Source: an uncultured Nitrososphaeraceae archaeon
GTDB taxonomy: Archaea; Thermoproteota; Nitrososphaeria; Nitrososphaerales; Nitrososphaeraceae
Reading direction: 5' to 3'
Assembly (NCBI GenBank): GCA_963729045.1
Contig: CAVSMN010000008.1
Location: 1 to 64,000, forward strand
DNA: 64,000 bases
Shown here: one piece after another, positions 34,190-46,266 of the stretch
Position numbering within the stretch: the first letter of the stretch is position 1
How the letters are laid out: each line of letters starts with the position of its first letter
Translations under genes and position numbers: made by a program
Notes under the pieces: model-generated
Told to the model about the DNA's origin: nothing
Database searches by the model: none
The model's input: only the letters and a program-made list of their open reading frames with translations

Positions 34190-34969
34190 ATGCAATTAAC
34201 ATCCAGATTTAGAATAAAAAATATCAATAACATAATAGAATTTTTGAACGAGGTACATGTTGGAAGATTAGCAACAATTGACGTAAACGGATATCCTCAA
34301 ATAATTCCAATGAATTTTGTTCATACGGTTACAGATGTAAGCGGTAAAAATTTTAGCCTTGATTACGGGAAGCCAACATATCGAGAAGACGACGAGAGTG
34401 AAAATACATGCAATGATATCAAGATAGTAAACAATGTCTCTACCAAAAACCCGATTCTTTATGAACATGTAATTTATATGCATTCCCATCACAGGGGAGA
34501 GAAAATTGAGAACCTCCTGCGAAATCAAAAAGTAGGATTTGAGGTTGATAAGGAAATTTGTTTTTTACCTTCATACTATTTTCATCCTACCGATGCTTCT
34601 TTTGCGGACACATTGTATACAAGTATAGTAATAAAAGGAAAAGCATCTATTGTATCTGATAATCAAGAAAAAGCATTTGCAATGAACAAGATGATGCAAA
34701 AATATCAATCTGAAGGCAAGTATACGGAATTAAATCAAGATGCAAAATCCATTATACATCTAACAGTAATAAAAATTAAAGTTGATACAATTAACGGTAA
34801 ATATAAAATCGGACAAGAATGGTCCGATTCCTTTAGGAGGGACATAGCATATAAGATTATTCAGAGAGAGGGAATTACTAGAGCAAGAGAAATTTTAAAG
34901 GATTTGAAAATAATCATACTAAAAAATGGTGAATTGGAATTACCAATTTCGTTAAATCTGGAGATATAA
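34190..34969 (+). CDS. Pyridoxamine 5'-phosphate oxidase-like flavin-binding protein (NimA-like)
   Basis: VGRLAT..GYPQIIPMNF, IYMHS..GEKIENL..NQKVGFEVD, YTSIVIKG. Confidence 0.82.
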   Translation: MQLTSRFRIKNINNIIEFLNEVHVGRLATIDVNGYPQIIPMNFVHTVTDVSGKNFSLDYGKPTYREDDESENTCNDIKIVNNVSTKNPILYEHVIYMHSHHRGEKIENLLRNQKVGFEVDKEICFLPSYYFHPTDASFADTLYTSIVIKGKASIVSDNQEKAFAMNKMMQKYQSEGKYTELNQDAKSIIHLTVIKIKVDTINGKYKIGQEWSDSFRRDIAYKIIQREGITRAREILKDLKIIILKNGELELPISLNLEI

Positions 34970-35020
34970 TAGTGTCCTTAAAAAATACAATGGAATTTGC
35001 CATTAGTAATAACAGGTACG

Positions 35021-35452
35021 TTAATTTTTCATACCACAGATTTCGAAACTAAAAGCAATATACCCGATTATGGAGCTATCCTTTCGAATCGGGAAAAAAT
35101 TATCAGTATATTTAGGCATTAATTCTTGTTTTAAAGATAATGCATCTTCTTTTGATATATCCAATCTTAACATATCTTTACCAAAGAGTAAATCCCATAA
35201 ATCAATATCAAGAACTTCTTTTAATGCAATGAAAGAAATAATCCTGTTAGTATTTGCTTTGTCTACAACTATGAAATAGTTAAATTCATTCTCTTCAGAA
35301 AATGGATCAGGGGCGGTAAAACAATCTATATTGAAGTTACTAGTCAATCTTTTTCTCAATATGTGTGCAGAATAAGACATGATTGCTAGATCAGTAAGAG
35401 ACAACGCTTTTACAGTAGCTAGAGTAGGCCCTTGGATATTTAATGAAAGCAT
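35021..35452 (-). CDS. Hypothetical protein
   Basis: 143-aa ORF, no recognised motif. Confidence 0.6.
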   Translation of the reverse strand: MLSLNIQGPTLATVKALSLTDLAIMSYSAHILRKRLTSNFNIDCFTAPDPFSEENEFNYFIVVDKANTNRIISFIALKEVLDIDLWDLLFGKDMLRLDISKEDALSLKQELMPKYTDNFFPIRKDSSIIGYIAFSFEICGMKN

Positions 35453-35553
35453 ATCTTAGGTAATAATGTAGGGTATTAATTATTTATGGAGAAATAAAAA
35501 TTATTAACATAAGTTTAAAAATATAACACTTGCAAAGTGATGTAAGGTAAAAA

Positions 35554-35692
35554 GCCGGGGTACCGAAGCTAGGTAAGCAATCAAAAAATCCAGCCCTAAA
35601 AGGGGTCAGCCTCGAGATCTAATAAATGAGGAAGTAAAGGATAGATAGCTGATGTCCTTCCGGACTCGTGGGTTCGAGTCCCACTCCCGGCG
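35554..35692 (+). tRNA. tRNA-Ser(CGA) with a D-loop intron (35576-35600) and an anticodon-loop intron (~35617-35646)
   Basis: Acceptor GCCGGGG/TCCCGGC plus G; anticodon stem TCAGC/GCTGA with CT-CGA-G; variable arm GTCC-TTCC-GGAC; T-arm GTGGG-TTCGAGT-CCCAC; BHB TAGG-TA^A...CCTA-AA^A. Confidence 0.9.
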
Positions 35693-36045
35693 CCTTAGTC
35701 GTGGATTCATACGAAGATTTTATTAACTTAAAGAAGACAAATAAAATTGATAATTTGCAAAACTCGCAGATCAGTCACAGACATTTTCAATCAATGCAAG
35801 AGATGAAGCAATAAGAGAGATAATTGAAGAATCCTGAATAGGTACTTCGTATATCAGTCCTAAATCAAATCTATAATCAAAAACCGTTCCTTAATGTAAT
35901 TGATTGTGGTAGACTCATCCTCGACTAATGATATCTTAATCTTAGAATAAAATTAGACCACGTAGAAGATTACTCATTCATAAGTGCATGTGATCTTACT
36001 ACAGTTTTGATGTCCTTTCTAAATTTTCTCATATTAGTGTCACTA

Positions 36046-36330
36046 TTATATAGTATTTGTATCAATACTGTTGACTTTCAAAGCATTTATTTCAAAAAGA
36101 ATTGTTTTAGTGCTTGGTCTTGTGATATTAAAGAGTAATCTAACTAGTCGACTTGTTTTTACGCCTTGAGCGGGTCTCCAGGCTTCTGCTTCTTCCACAG
36201 AGCCAACTAATATTGATATGACAACAAACATTGTGGCGATTCCAATACCAACTACTACAGGGATAAATTGTGGGTGTGACCTTACATTCTCTAATACCAT
36301 TTTGATCCTGTTCATTGCTTTAATTACCAA
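36046..36330 (-). CDS. Small exported or membrane peptide
   Basis: Hydrophobic stretch ending in the AxA-type site EAEA|WR. Confidence 0.45.
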   Translation of the reverse strand: MVIKAMNRIKMVLENVRSHPQFIPVVVGIGIATMFVVISILVGSVEEAEAWRPAQGVKTSRLVRLLFNITRPSTKTILFEINALKVNSIDTNTI

Positions 36331-36365
36331 TATTGATCATGGATGAGATAATATGCTACCAACTT

Positions 36366-36852
36366 TTGAAAAAAAGTATTAATCTATGGCTTATCCATAG
36401 CAATTTTAGCTGGTTTAACATTTGTTATAGGTCAGATATTAGTCGAATATGGCAACAATGTATTAACTCAACAACAACAACAACAAAATAATCAAACATC
36501 AATACCACATAATGCAAAAGGACACGAGTCTCATCAAGTAATTATATTCCAAAATTCTAGTGATGGTTTAAAATATACAGGAATGGTTACGTTCAGTCTT
36601 TCAAAGCCTGCAGATGTTATTTCATTTGATGAGATTACGGACGGGCAGCCTACAAACGCAACCAAAAAGATTTGGGAAGTCGGAGACAAGAAATTTGTAC
36701 CCAGCACACTTTTAAAAAATGTAACTGAGGGATCTATAAGCTTTAATGGAAGCGGCATACAAGCACACAGTACTTCAGGAGATAGATATACCGGTTCCTT
36801 TACTCTCAATGATGCCCCTATTAGCAACAATAATAGTAGTGGGATTCAATAG
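36366..36852 (+). CDS. Secreted hypothetical protein (poly-Q linker, HNAKGHESH motif)
   Basis: The frame of ORF 36583-36852 extends upstream through a signal peptide (VLIYGLSIAILAGLTFVIG); the TTG start is offset by one extra A in an A7 run. Confidence 0.6.
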
Positions 36853-37268
36853 ACTTTATCGTAATAATACATAATAAATACTAAATAGGAAGCCGCCCGC
36901 TTAGGGCGGAGCTATCATCTTCCGCAGTCCATATCATATGAAGAACCAGTAATATATACTATATCAACCCTCGGATTGGTTTTTACTGCCTTAAAACAAT
37001 TTTGTCTTATAAATAAATTACAACATATATAGAATATATTTGGATAATTATAGATAATTTTGTGTCTCAAAGGACACATATTACTTTCTTTGAAAATTAA
37101 AATCAAATAGATAAATGAAAAGAATATATTATTTATTCTTCAATAATACCTAATGCAATTGGATTTAAAAGCGTCGAACTGATTCAAACTGAACTATGGA
37201 AATTTCAACGATCAAGGATTACTAATTGTAAACCAACGACTTTACCAAATGAGATAAAATAGGTTGGA

Positions 37269-37514
37269 CTATATTCTAACCCATGTCATCATGCATTTAA
37301 CCAAAAACCTGTGACAATGATTTTCATCTTTGCAATGGCAGAGGAGTGTAACGGTGTCATATTTTGATAATATGTCAGAGCGTTGGGACGGAGGTTGCTG
37401 TTGTTGATGTTGCTCTTCATGATTTGTATCGGAATTATTAGTCCTATCAAGCGAAGCCAAGTTATCTAAGGCCTTTAATGCTAAAGGATTGTTTAGTATT
37501 TCCAATATGTCCAT
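37269..37514 (-). pseudogene. Fragment ending in a DUF488-like C-terminal motif
   Basis: TVTLLCHCKDENHCHR; N-terminal part looks unrelated or decayed. Confidence 0.45.
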
Positions 37515-37849
37515 ACGAGAGTATTCATACTTCTTCTTACCCTCATGCTAATTGTGAAGGATGAGCATGAATGAGGGACTCCCATTACCTATGCTGTCCA
37601 ATAAGCGGATGAAGAGGTGTTATCATTTACGTTCGCAACTAGTGAAGGTGACATGGTAAATATTGTTGTAATTCAGGCGCCGCTCTTATCGGCGCCAAAG
37701 TCTATGGATAGGCCATCATGCTAATGGACGACTTGATGCAAAGTTAATGATAAGCAACAATCCTTTCAGACAGAAGAATAAACATGACCTTTCTGTTATT
37801 GACAGAATAGAGGAACGAATGCATTCTTTGTTGTCAGACATAAGAAGTA

Positions 37850-38131
37850 TCATTGTTCCTCTAATGGCTCCCTCGAATATTTTACCTTAAGAACCAACAT
37901 ACAAATATTTAATGATGCTCCAATGGAGTTGCCAATAACAATAACAATATCTGCTCTTCCAATTCCATAAATAACCCATAGAGAAAGACCAGCAATCAAG
38001 ACAAGAAGAAAACGAATCGATACATCCTCCGTATCTTTTGTGTTTAATGCTTTTTTAATCTGCGGGACCGTACTTGCAACTGTGAACACAGTGGCCAAAA
38101 GGCCGATGAATGTTATTAGAAGATCTACCAT
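37850..38131 (-). CDS. SemiSWEET / PQ-loop transporter
   Basis: 3 TM, VPQIKK..TKDTEDVS, LWVIYG, GN. Confidence 0.85.
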   Translation of the reverse strand: MVDLLITFIGLLATVFTVASTVPQIKKALNTKDTEDVSIRFLLVLIAGLSLWVIYGIGRADIVIVIGNSIGASLNICMLVLKVKYSREPLEEQ

Positions 38132-38376
38132 CTATTTTACGTTGTATAACTTATCTTTTATTGACTATAATATTTGCTATTTAACTTGAGTAACGCTACA
38201 CGGCATAAGCATCATATTAACGTTATATCGCCACAAAAGTGCGATTCAATTATCAATAGAACGTATCATAAAGGACAAATATTGTCTTGAAGCCCACCGA
38301 GAGAGCAAATCTTTAGACCTCGAATAATAAAATCCCATACACGACGCTTTTTAAAGTATCGTAAACATTCAAGATT

Positions 38377-38808
38377 GTGAGAGGATATCAAAAACTTACA
38401 ATAATAACAGCAGCATTAGGATTAGTAATCCCTTTTATCGGACTTTTCTTGTATTTTTTTATCAATAGTGTCATAGGAATTCCTATTCTAGGTCTATTTT
38501 TAGGAGGAGCTTTACTTGTTGCCATTGCAATCATAGCAATAAATATTGGTGCAATCGTAACAGCTTTTAAAGTTAAAAACACAAAGATTGTTGGTATAAC
38601 TTTAATCGCTTGCGGAATATTGCTATTTTTGGTTATCCAATTTTTTGCCATCCCAAGTCTAGTATTATATATAATAGCAGGAGTTCTTGCGTTGAGGGAA
38701 AAAAATTCAACAAATGTAAAGGCAACCTTTTCCTGTGAAACATGTGGACAAACTTTTGACTCAATACAGGATTTAAAGGAACATTCTAGCATCACACACT
38801 ATAAGTAA
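38377..38808 (+). CDS. Membrane protein with C-terminal C2H2 zinc finger
   Basis: Four hydrophobic segments, then FSCETCGQTFDSIQDLKEHSSITH. Confidence 0.75.
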   Translation: MRGYQKLTIITAALGLVIPFIGLFLYFFINSVIGIPILGLFLGGALLVAIAIIAINIGAIVTAFKVKNTKIVGITLIACGILLFLVIQFFAIPSLVLYIIAGVLALREKNSTNVKATFSCETCGQTFDSIQDLKEHSSITHYK

Positions 38809-38999
38809 TTACTAAACACTCTATTGCTATAGCCAATAGGAAGACTCTTCTATTATTGAAATTTCTCCTCTTAACAACACAATGTTTGGTATTCTTTGTT
38901 GTGATAACGGAATTGAAAAAGATAATAAGTATATAGATATTTACAAACAGAGTAAAAATTAATTGGTAAGAAGATAGATTGAATATTAATTACTAATAC

Positions 39000-39360
39000 T
39001 ATATTAAGTTTTGTCATTCTAAATGGCATGGTAAGAATATCTCTGTCTTTTATTACTGTTATTTCTAATGTTGCTGTAGGGTAAATATTATTTTGGTGTT
39101 GTTGTGACTAATACAATTTTTTGGTTTGGCTTTTCATTATGTATTATTTTAACAACATCTAGTATAGAAGGATTACGCAGATGAGTATCAAGTATTATGG
39201 CGTCATATGGACTATTCTTTTTCTTAATATCAAGAAAGCAGTCCAAGGTTTTTTCAGAACTGCTTGCTATTTCGATATTTATAAATAATAAAGATAAATA
39301 AGATTCAAAGCATTTAAATTAACTAGTTTTCAGATTCTGTAATCAAAATTTGTATTTTCT
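39000..39360 (-). pseudogene. Decayed response-regulator receiver
   Basis: Minus strand reads KIQILITESEN*...EIASSSEKTLDCFLDIKKKNSPYDAIILDTHLRNPSILDVVKI with stops; boundaries approximate. Confidence 0.55.
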
Positions 39361-40489
39361 CTAATTCTTTTTCTTCTGAAGATTGAGAATATTATATTTG
39401 TTTATTTTGAGGGGTTTTGACACGCATTATATATCAACTGGAATAGAATAATAGAGTCACCATAACTTATATCATCATGTTTTAATTAATTTTTAAAATT
39501 TTTAATCATTTAAGATGATTTACTAAAAAACCAAATCAGATAAAATATGGAAATGGATTTGTTTAAAGTTATATGGTTGACTTTAAGTAATGATTTTAAT
39601 GGTGATGTAGATATTCAATAATGCTTTATAACTTAGATAAGTTAAAAGAGGATTATGTAACTGTATGGTTTCTTTATTTAAATGTAGTTATTGTAATGAG
39701 ATGAAAAGTTTTACAGATAAAGATGTAACATTTAAAGAAAATATATGTATTTATTGCGGAAATGAGAAAAAGAAGAATAAGTTAGTAAAAAATAATTAAA
39801 AAAGTTAAGATATTAAGATGTAGGATAATTGTAGATATTAATGTATAGATATATTATACTATAATATAATTGATTTACTTTTATTATATTGAAACTACTG
39901 ATTTTGTTATTTAGATATATTGAGAAAGGTATCTTTATTCTTTTTTGAGATATATTTTACATTTGTTATCACTTATTTATTCATATATTTGAGAATTCTC
40001 TTTCCCATAAACTCATATCTTATTGATAGATAATAATAGCAGCAAATTTGTAGGCTCTATCTTTACTAAAAGCAGTAAACTTGACATAGATTAACTGTTT
40101 TAACTCTTCTTTTTTGAGAAACTAGTTTATGTTTTTTTCAAGTTCAGGTAGTTGTTGATTGTAGTAGATTTTTACTTTAGTTATAATTTCTTTGGTATGA
40201 AGAATTATTTAATATTTTTTTATGTAATAATAAAAAAAAATTATTGTAAATATAGCCTAGGAAGCACTAACAGTTTGTATCTTATACATGTATGAATTTA
40301 ACTGACTACTTATCAATAATAAATTGAATATAGAGAGAGATGGTTAAGTATTTTGTAAATGCTTGAGGATTATTAGCTTTAGCACAGAGTAAACAACTCA
40401 CAAAACACTAGATTGGATTATAAGGGTATGACTATTTATAGAAATTATTTTAAGTTTGATACACTTATTTTATAATAAAAAAAGAGTGG

Positions 40490-41700
40490 CTGAAGATTTT
40501 AAAATATTAATGGTTTGTAATTGTATATATCTTTATGCAGGGAGGTGTTGGTAGCTATATGTACAATTTGGTTAAATCATTGCATTTAAAAGGCTTAGAG
40601 GGCATAGTAGTATCTGGTTCAGCAGGTTCGGGAGAGCATAAGGGAATCTCACTTAATAATTACAATAATTGAGAACTATTATAGAAATTTATAAAAGAGA
40701 TTGAGTGGGATATAGTACATATATAACATGAGTTTGGATTATATGGTTTTTTTCTGAATATTTTACTCTCTTACAAAGCATAGATAGAACTTGATGAATT
40801 CTACAATAAATGTAAAACTCCTATAGTAACTACTTTTCATATATCCATGTATAGTAGACAATGGATAAGATTGATAAATATAAAAGAAAGAGGTAAAGAC
40901 AAAGATTTTCTAAGGCTTTATTCACTTTACAAAATATGGCGACACTTTATTAATTATTCTTCTATGCATAGGATTAACAAGTATTTTATGTCTAAGAGAG
41001 TTTTATGGATTAGTTCTCTCAAATTATATGAAAGAACTAATTATAGAAAGAAAATACTATATCATAAATAGTACAACACATTTTGATAGTGATACAAGAA
41101 GAAATGAAGAAAGAAAGAGATTGCATATTTCACAAAAAGGAAGATTTGTTTTAGATTAAGGATTTATCACTAATATTAAAGGATGGGATATAATAAGAAA
41201 AATAAAAATGTGTAGGGTTGGGAGATATGTAGTAAACTATTCAAAGAACTTTTATAACAACGAAAAAAATGGATTTTGAATTTCAAGATGATAAAAGAAT
41301 CAATTTAAATAAAAGGTATCTCTCAGAAGAAGAACTTTCATTATTGTTTTTTTTTTGTGACGCAGTTTTATTACCATACAAGGTATGCTCTGGTTCTGGC
41401 ATCATGTATGATGGAACAAGAGATGGAAAAACATTTGTGGGTTCGTATATGGAATTTTTTTAAGAGTATTTATCAATTAATTTTGACATTGTAACAAAGA
41501 TAAATATGAGGAGTTTTGAGCAAGTTTTCGTTCAAATGGATAGGAATTATCTTTTTTTTAAATATAGAATTGAAGAGTTTAGAAAAAACTTAATTTGGCA
41601 CAATATAGCAAAACAACATATCTCTATATACAAAATCATAACAAGAGTAGAATTGACAGAATCGCTTTTAGCTGTCGAAATAATTCGTAAAACTCAATAA
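40490..41700 (+). pseudogene. Decayed GT4-family glycosyltransferase
   Basis: KILMV...GGVGSYMYNLVKSL...DIVHI*HEFGLYG...CDAVLLPYKVCSGSGIMYD...WHNIAKQH; many stops and frameshifts. Confidence 0.75.
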
Positions 41701-41796
41701 GTGATATAAAAATAAAAATGGATTATATAATATTTCCATACTATTTTGTCATAGTGCATTTAGAACACGGTTTATTGCAAATGCAGGAATTTGAAA

Positions 41797-43613
41797 ATGA
41801 GTAGAAAAAATATACTTGTTCTTGGAATAAATGATGGACATGACGCTGGAGATGCTTTGGTTTAAAACGGGCAGGTAATAATTGCTGTCCATGAAGAGCA
41901 GATAAACAATGATAAAGGTTTCAGAGGAATACATGAAAAGGCTATTCCAAAGGTTTTTGACATTTCTCATACAAATCCATCAGATTTAAATTTGATTGCC
42001 TTGGCTAGTTACTATCCACCAGGAGGAGAAAATCTAAAAGCATTATCGACCAAGTCATTGATACGACTCAGCCCATTACTCCATTCGGATTCTTTTATCA
42101 AATTTTACTTAAGGTATATCAAAAACAAAAGGAACTTTGAAAAGTTTGAAAAAATTTTTAAAAGTTTAGGAATAAATCCTAACCAGATTGAAACAACAAT
42201 AATTGAACATCAACTTGCTCATGCTTCTGCTGCATATAGAAGTTCTCCATTTGGATATAGCAAAGAAGATATACTAATTGTCACTGCTGATGGTTCAGGC
42301 GACGGATTATCTTCATCTGTAAACATAGGTATTACGAATAAAACGGACAGCAGCGTGGTCCTACAAAAGGAAACTATAGGAGATATAAAAAGAATTGCTT
42401 CTTCATCCTATTACGATTCGATAGGCAATGCATTTTATACAGAAATAACAAAATATTTGGGACTAAAACCATGGGAACATGAAAGTAAGGTGATGGGTCT
42501 AGCACCATACGATAAACCAGAATACTGTATAGACAAAAAGAGGAAAATGATAAAAATAAATGCATCTCATAATCTAAGAATTAAAAACACCATAGGTCCC
42601 TTTGGATAGGAGGGTCTGCGATACAATGTAGATTAAGTAAATTATTGCAGAATCAAAGATTTGATAATGTTGTTGCTGCTGCACAACAACATCTCGAAGA
42701 GTTGATGAAAAAATGGGTTAGTAATGCTGTTAAAAAAACAGGTATCAGGAAAATTGTTTGTGCAGGTGGAATTTTTTTGAATGTAAAAATGAATATGATT
42801 CTAAGAAAGTTTTTGCAAAGTTTTTCCTCTAGCAATGATGAAAATGGAATGATTTTTGTATATCCTGCTCCTGACGATAGCGGGCTTCCAGTCAGATGTG
42901 ATATGGAAGGGTATTATCAGTATTGTAAAAGAGACGGAAAGGAACCATTAAGTGTTAAGGTTGAACATACCTACTATAGACATTCCAATAGCAACGATGA
43001 GATTAAAGACATAATAAAAAAATGCAATGAAAAAAGTAATAACTTTAATTCTAATGGTATCAATGGTAAGTTCAATTACGATTACTATGATGACATTGAT
43101 GGTATGGCGGGTGAACTTCTTTCAAAGGGTAAAGTTCTTGCTAGGTGTACAAGTGGTGGTGAATGGGGTCTCTGAGCTCTTGGAAATAGGTCTATTATTG
43201 CAGATCCTCAAGATAGTAATACGATACACAAAATTAACTTTGCTATCAAACAGAGGGATTTTTGGATGTCTTTTGCTCAGTCTATGCTGTATGAAAGAAG
43301 CTAGTATTAGATTGTTGATCTCTAATATGCACCATACATGATAATGGCATTTGATTTGACAGAAAAGGGACAGATACTCTTACCAGCTGCGATACCTCCA
43401 TATGATAAGACTTGTCGATCTCATAATATCAAAAAGCAATGCCATAGAGGCTATTACAAAATCATTAAAACATTAGAAAAAATAACAGGGATTGCATCTG
43501 TCTTAAATATTTCATTTAATCTACATGTATATCCTATTTTGGATTCCCCTGATGTAAAACTTTGGACTTTGGAGAACTCAAGGTTAGACGGACTTTTTTT
43601 GGATACTATTTAG
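41797..43613 (+). pseudogene. Decayed NodU/CmcH-family carbamoyltransferase
   Basis: LGINDGHDAG..LV*, EHQLAHASAAY, DGSGD, ESKVMGLAPY, AGGIFLNVKMN, EWGL*ALGNRSIIADP, LNISFNLH. Confidence 0.85.
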
Positions 43614-43944
43614 TCACCAATTCATAATATTTGTAAAGAATTGATAAATAAAGTCTTACTAGTCTCTATATCAAATGTATAAACATAAAATAAGAAAGTT
43701 GATGTTAATTTACTAAGTACTTTTCTGTCATTATAGATATAATCATCTCATTTAAAGATGAATTTGAGCAGAAAAACTATGGTTACAAACTTTCTGATGT
43801 AAATCTTAAATAGAATCAGATTAATGATTTTATTAGTTCTCTAATGTGTAAATTCCAGCAAGATCTCATATATATCAAGTAGTAAATAATCTGACATACT
43901 TTTATTGGTCGGATTTGATCTATCTCATCTTAGTGTGAGATAGT

Positions 43945-44226
43945 ATGAATTCATATTATAATGATGATGTGGATGCTGGCTATGTCAAATTCACTGATAA
44001 TAGAATAGTAAAAACAGAACCTATAAGCAAAAATATCTATGTTGATTTGGATAAAAACAACAAGCTAGTAGGAGTAGAGGTATTAGGTATGAAAAATAAT
44101 GTCAGACATAATGTCATGGGTAGACAGATAGAGAATAGTTTATCTAATTTAGAATCTGATAGATTCAAAGAATTTGCCATTGATGAATATATTATAGAAT
44201 TAAAGAATAAATTTGGAAAGTTTTAG
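43945..44226 (+). CDS. DUF2283-like protein
   Basis: YNDDVDAGYVKF...IYVDLDKNNKLVGVEVL. Confidence 0.7.
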   Translation: MNSYYNDDVDAGYVKFTDNRIVKTEPISKNIYVDLDKNNKLVGVEVLGMKNNVRHNVMGRQIENSLSNLESDRFKEFAIDEYIIELKNKFGKF

Positions 44227-44323
44227 TAAAACAGAACAGGATTAGATAGGAAATAATTTACTTATTCATTACCTCTCTAAATTACTACATGCTAATTTAT
44301 ATACGAAGAAATATCCTCAGAAT

Positions 44324-44777
44324 TTAAAAATAAAAATATGAAAAATTAACCTGTTCACTAGTGCTATTGGCTGTTCCTATGGTTGTTTGATTGAATGGGA
44401 CAGTGGTCTTATTCGCTATAACGGTGGTTGCGGGTCCAGTTTTTGGTACCATTGTCTTATTCTCTATATTAGATAGATTTCCAGTTTGAGAAGATATAGT
44501 CTGGTTTTGCAGTGGTTGTAATTGAGATTGATCTTTTACTGGCTCAGATGTTTGATTAACAGTTACTGTTGTTTGTTCTACTTGGACTGTAGTTTGATTT
44601 GCAATAACCGTTTGAGGACTAACAGAAATGCTTGCCATCGTCTGATTTTCAGGAATGACTACTGATGATGATTGGTTTTGGCTTGGATATTGATTTTGAG
44701 CAAGTTCTGGTTCGTCATTCACTACAGATGAAATTAATAATGGAACGAGAGATTAGGAATATGAATGTATTTCTCAT
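44324..44777 (-). CDS. Secreted Q/T/N-rich low-complexity protein (frameshifted or truncated)
   Basis: Many NQT/NKT sequons; signal-like start near 44777 is out of frame. Confidence 0.5.
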
Positions 44778-44905
44778 GGTTAGTTTGTGACAAACATTGC
44801 TTAAATACATAGCCAATACATAGTAATCCAGAAGAAACTATAAACTATAATCTATAATGAAATATTGAGAAAATAGAGAAAGCATGATTAATTTATCTTT
44901 CTCTT

Positions 44906-45540
44906 CTAATATTTTGACTGATGATCTTTTTGAGTTGATAATAATGTATCGTCGCTATCTCTTTCAATTCTCTCATATGCTGATACATTTCTTTTTCCTA
45001 TTTCTGCAAGATATTTTGATTGTTTCTTTGTGTTATCAACTACGTGTTTAAATACTTCAATATTAGAAAATGCCATATCATTAAAAATTCTACTCATTGC
45101 TATGGTATTTTCTGCATAATTATTTACTAATTTTGTAGTATATTTCTGGTATTCTTCTAAAGTAATCTTGGTTATCCAATAATTGGTTATTTACATTGTA
45201 TATATAAGGGGCAGATACTGATTGAAAAGAATCGATTGTTTGTTTTTGATATTCAAGATAACTTTCTGCAATATCTTTAGTAGCTTGAAGTGTTTGTTCT
45301 TGAACTTGATTAACAGTTTCAGTATAACGTGGAATCTGATTTCTTGCTTCTCTGATACTTTCATCTATATCTTTTTTTTGACTCATCAAAAGCTTGTTCA
45401 AGTGATTCGGTGTTTTGTTCTACAACTCTATTATATAATCTTTGATTATTTTGGTAAATATCTTGTTGATTATCGGATATTATTGTTAACTAAAGATGAA
45501 GTATGGTCATTAATTTCTTTTTTATCGTTTTTAGACATTT
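44906..45540 (-). pseudogene. Helical hypothetical protein broken into several ORFs
   Basis: Pieces 45120-45401 (IREARNQIPRYTETVNQVQEQT) and 44906-45097 read as one protein. Confidence 0.5.
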
Positions 45541-46266
45541 CGTATTAATTATTTAGTTTCTATACTATATAAATACAGGTATCAATTGGTTTTTAATACC
45601 AAGTAAGAACTTTATTCATCAGTAAACGAGTCATATTTATCAAATCTTAATATTAACTAGATTCATGACTACCACGGAACTTTATCCTCACGGATAGCAT
45701 AAATAATCAGATATAATGGATGAGGATAGTTCATAAAAAATAATATCCAAAAGTAGGAAAAGTTTTATTCAATAATTATTTAGAAACGATATATCTATTA
45801 CTAAACTCAAGGACTAGATCGTCTTTAACATTACTTACCTAAATAGATGATCTCAATAACAATTCTATAATCTTCGTCTTTAAGCAAAGTATGAAAAGTG
45901 AATGTGAAGAAAGGATATTATAAAATATTGCAGAATAGTCTTAACAAACTCTAATATTTATTATTTGTATTATCATATGTACATCAAATATTGACTATGC
46001 GAAACAACAGGTCAAATCAAATGTCATCAAATTCCGGATGTTACCAATAGTAGATCAATATTTGTTATTCATTCAAACTTTTTTGTTGACAGTATTTTAA
46101 ATCAAACTATTAAAAAGTAGTTTCTTTCTAATGTTAGATTAGTTTATGCTCCAATTTGTAGATAACCATATCAAGAAGGATTTTCCAATAGAATATCTAG
46201 ATATTTGTTATCTAATGGATTTTGTTTTAGACAAAGTTAAATAGCAATAGAAAAATAAAAATCGTA

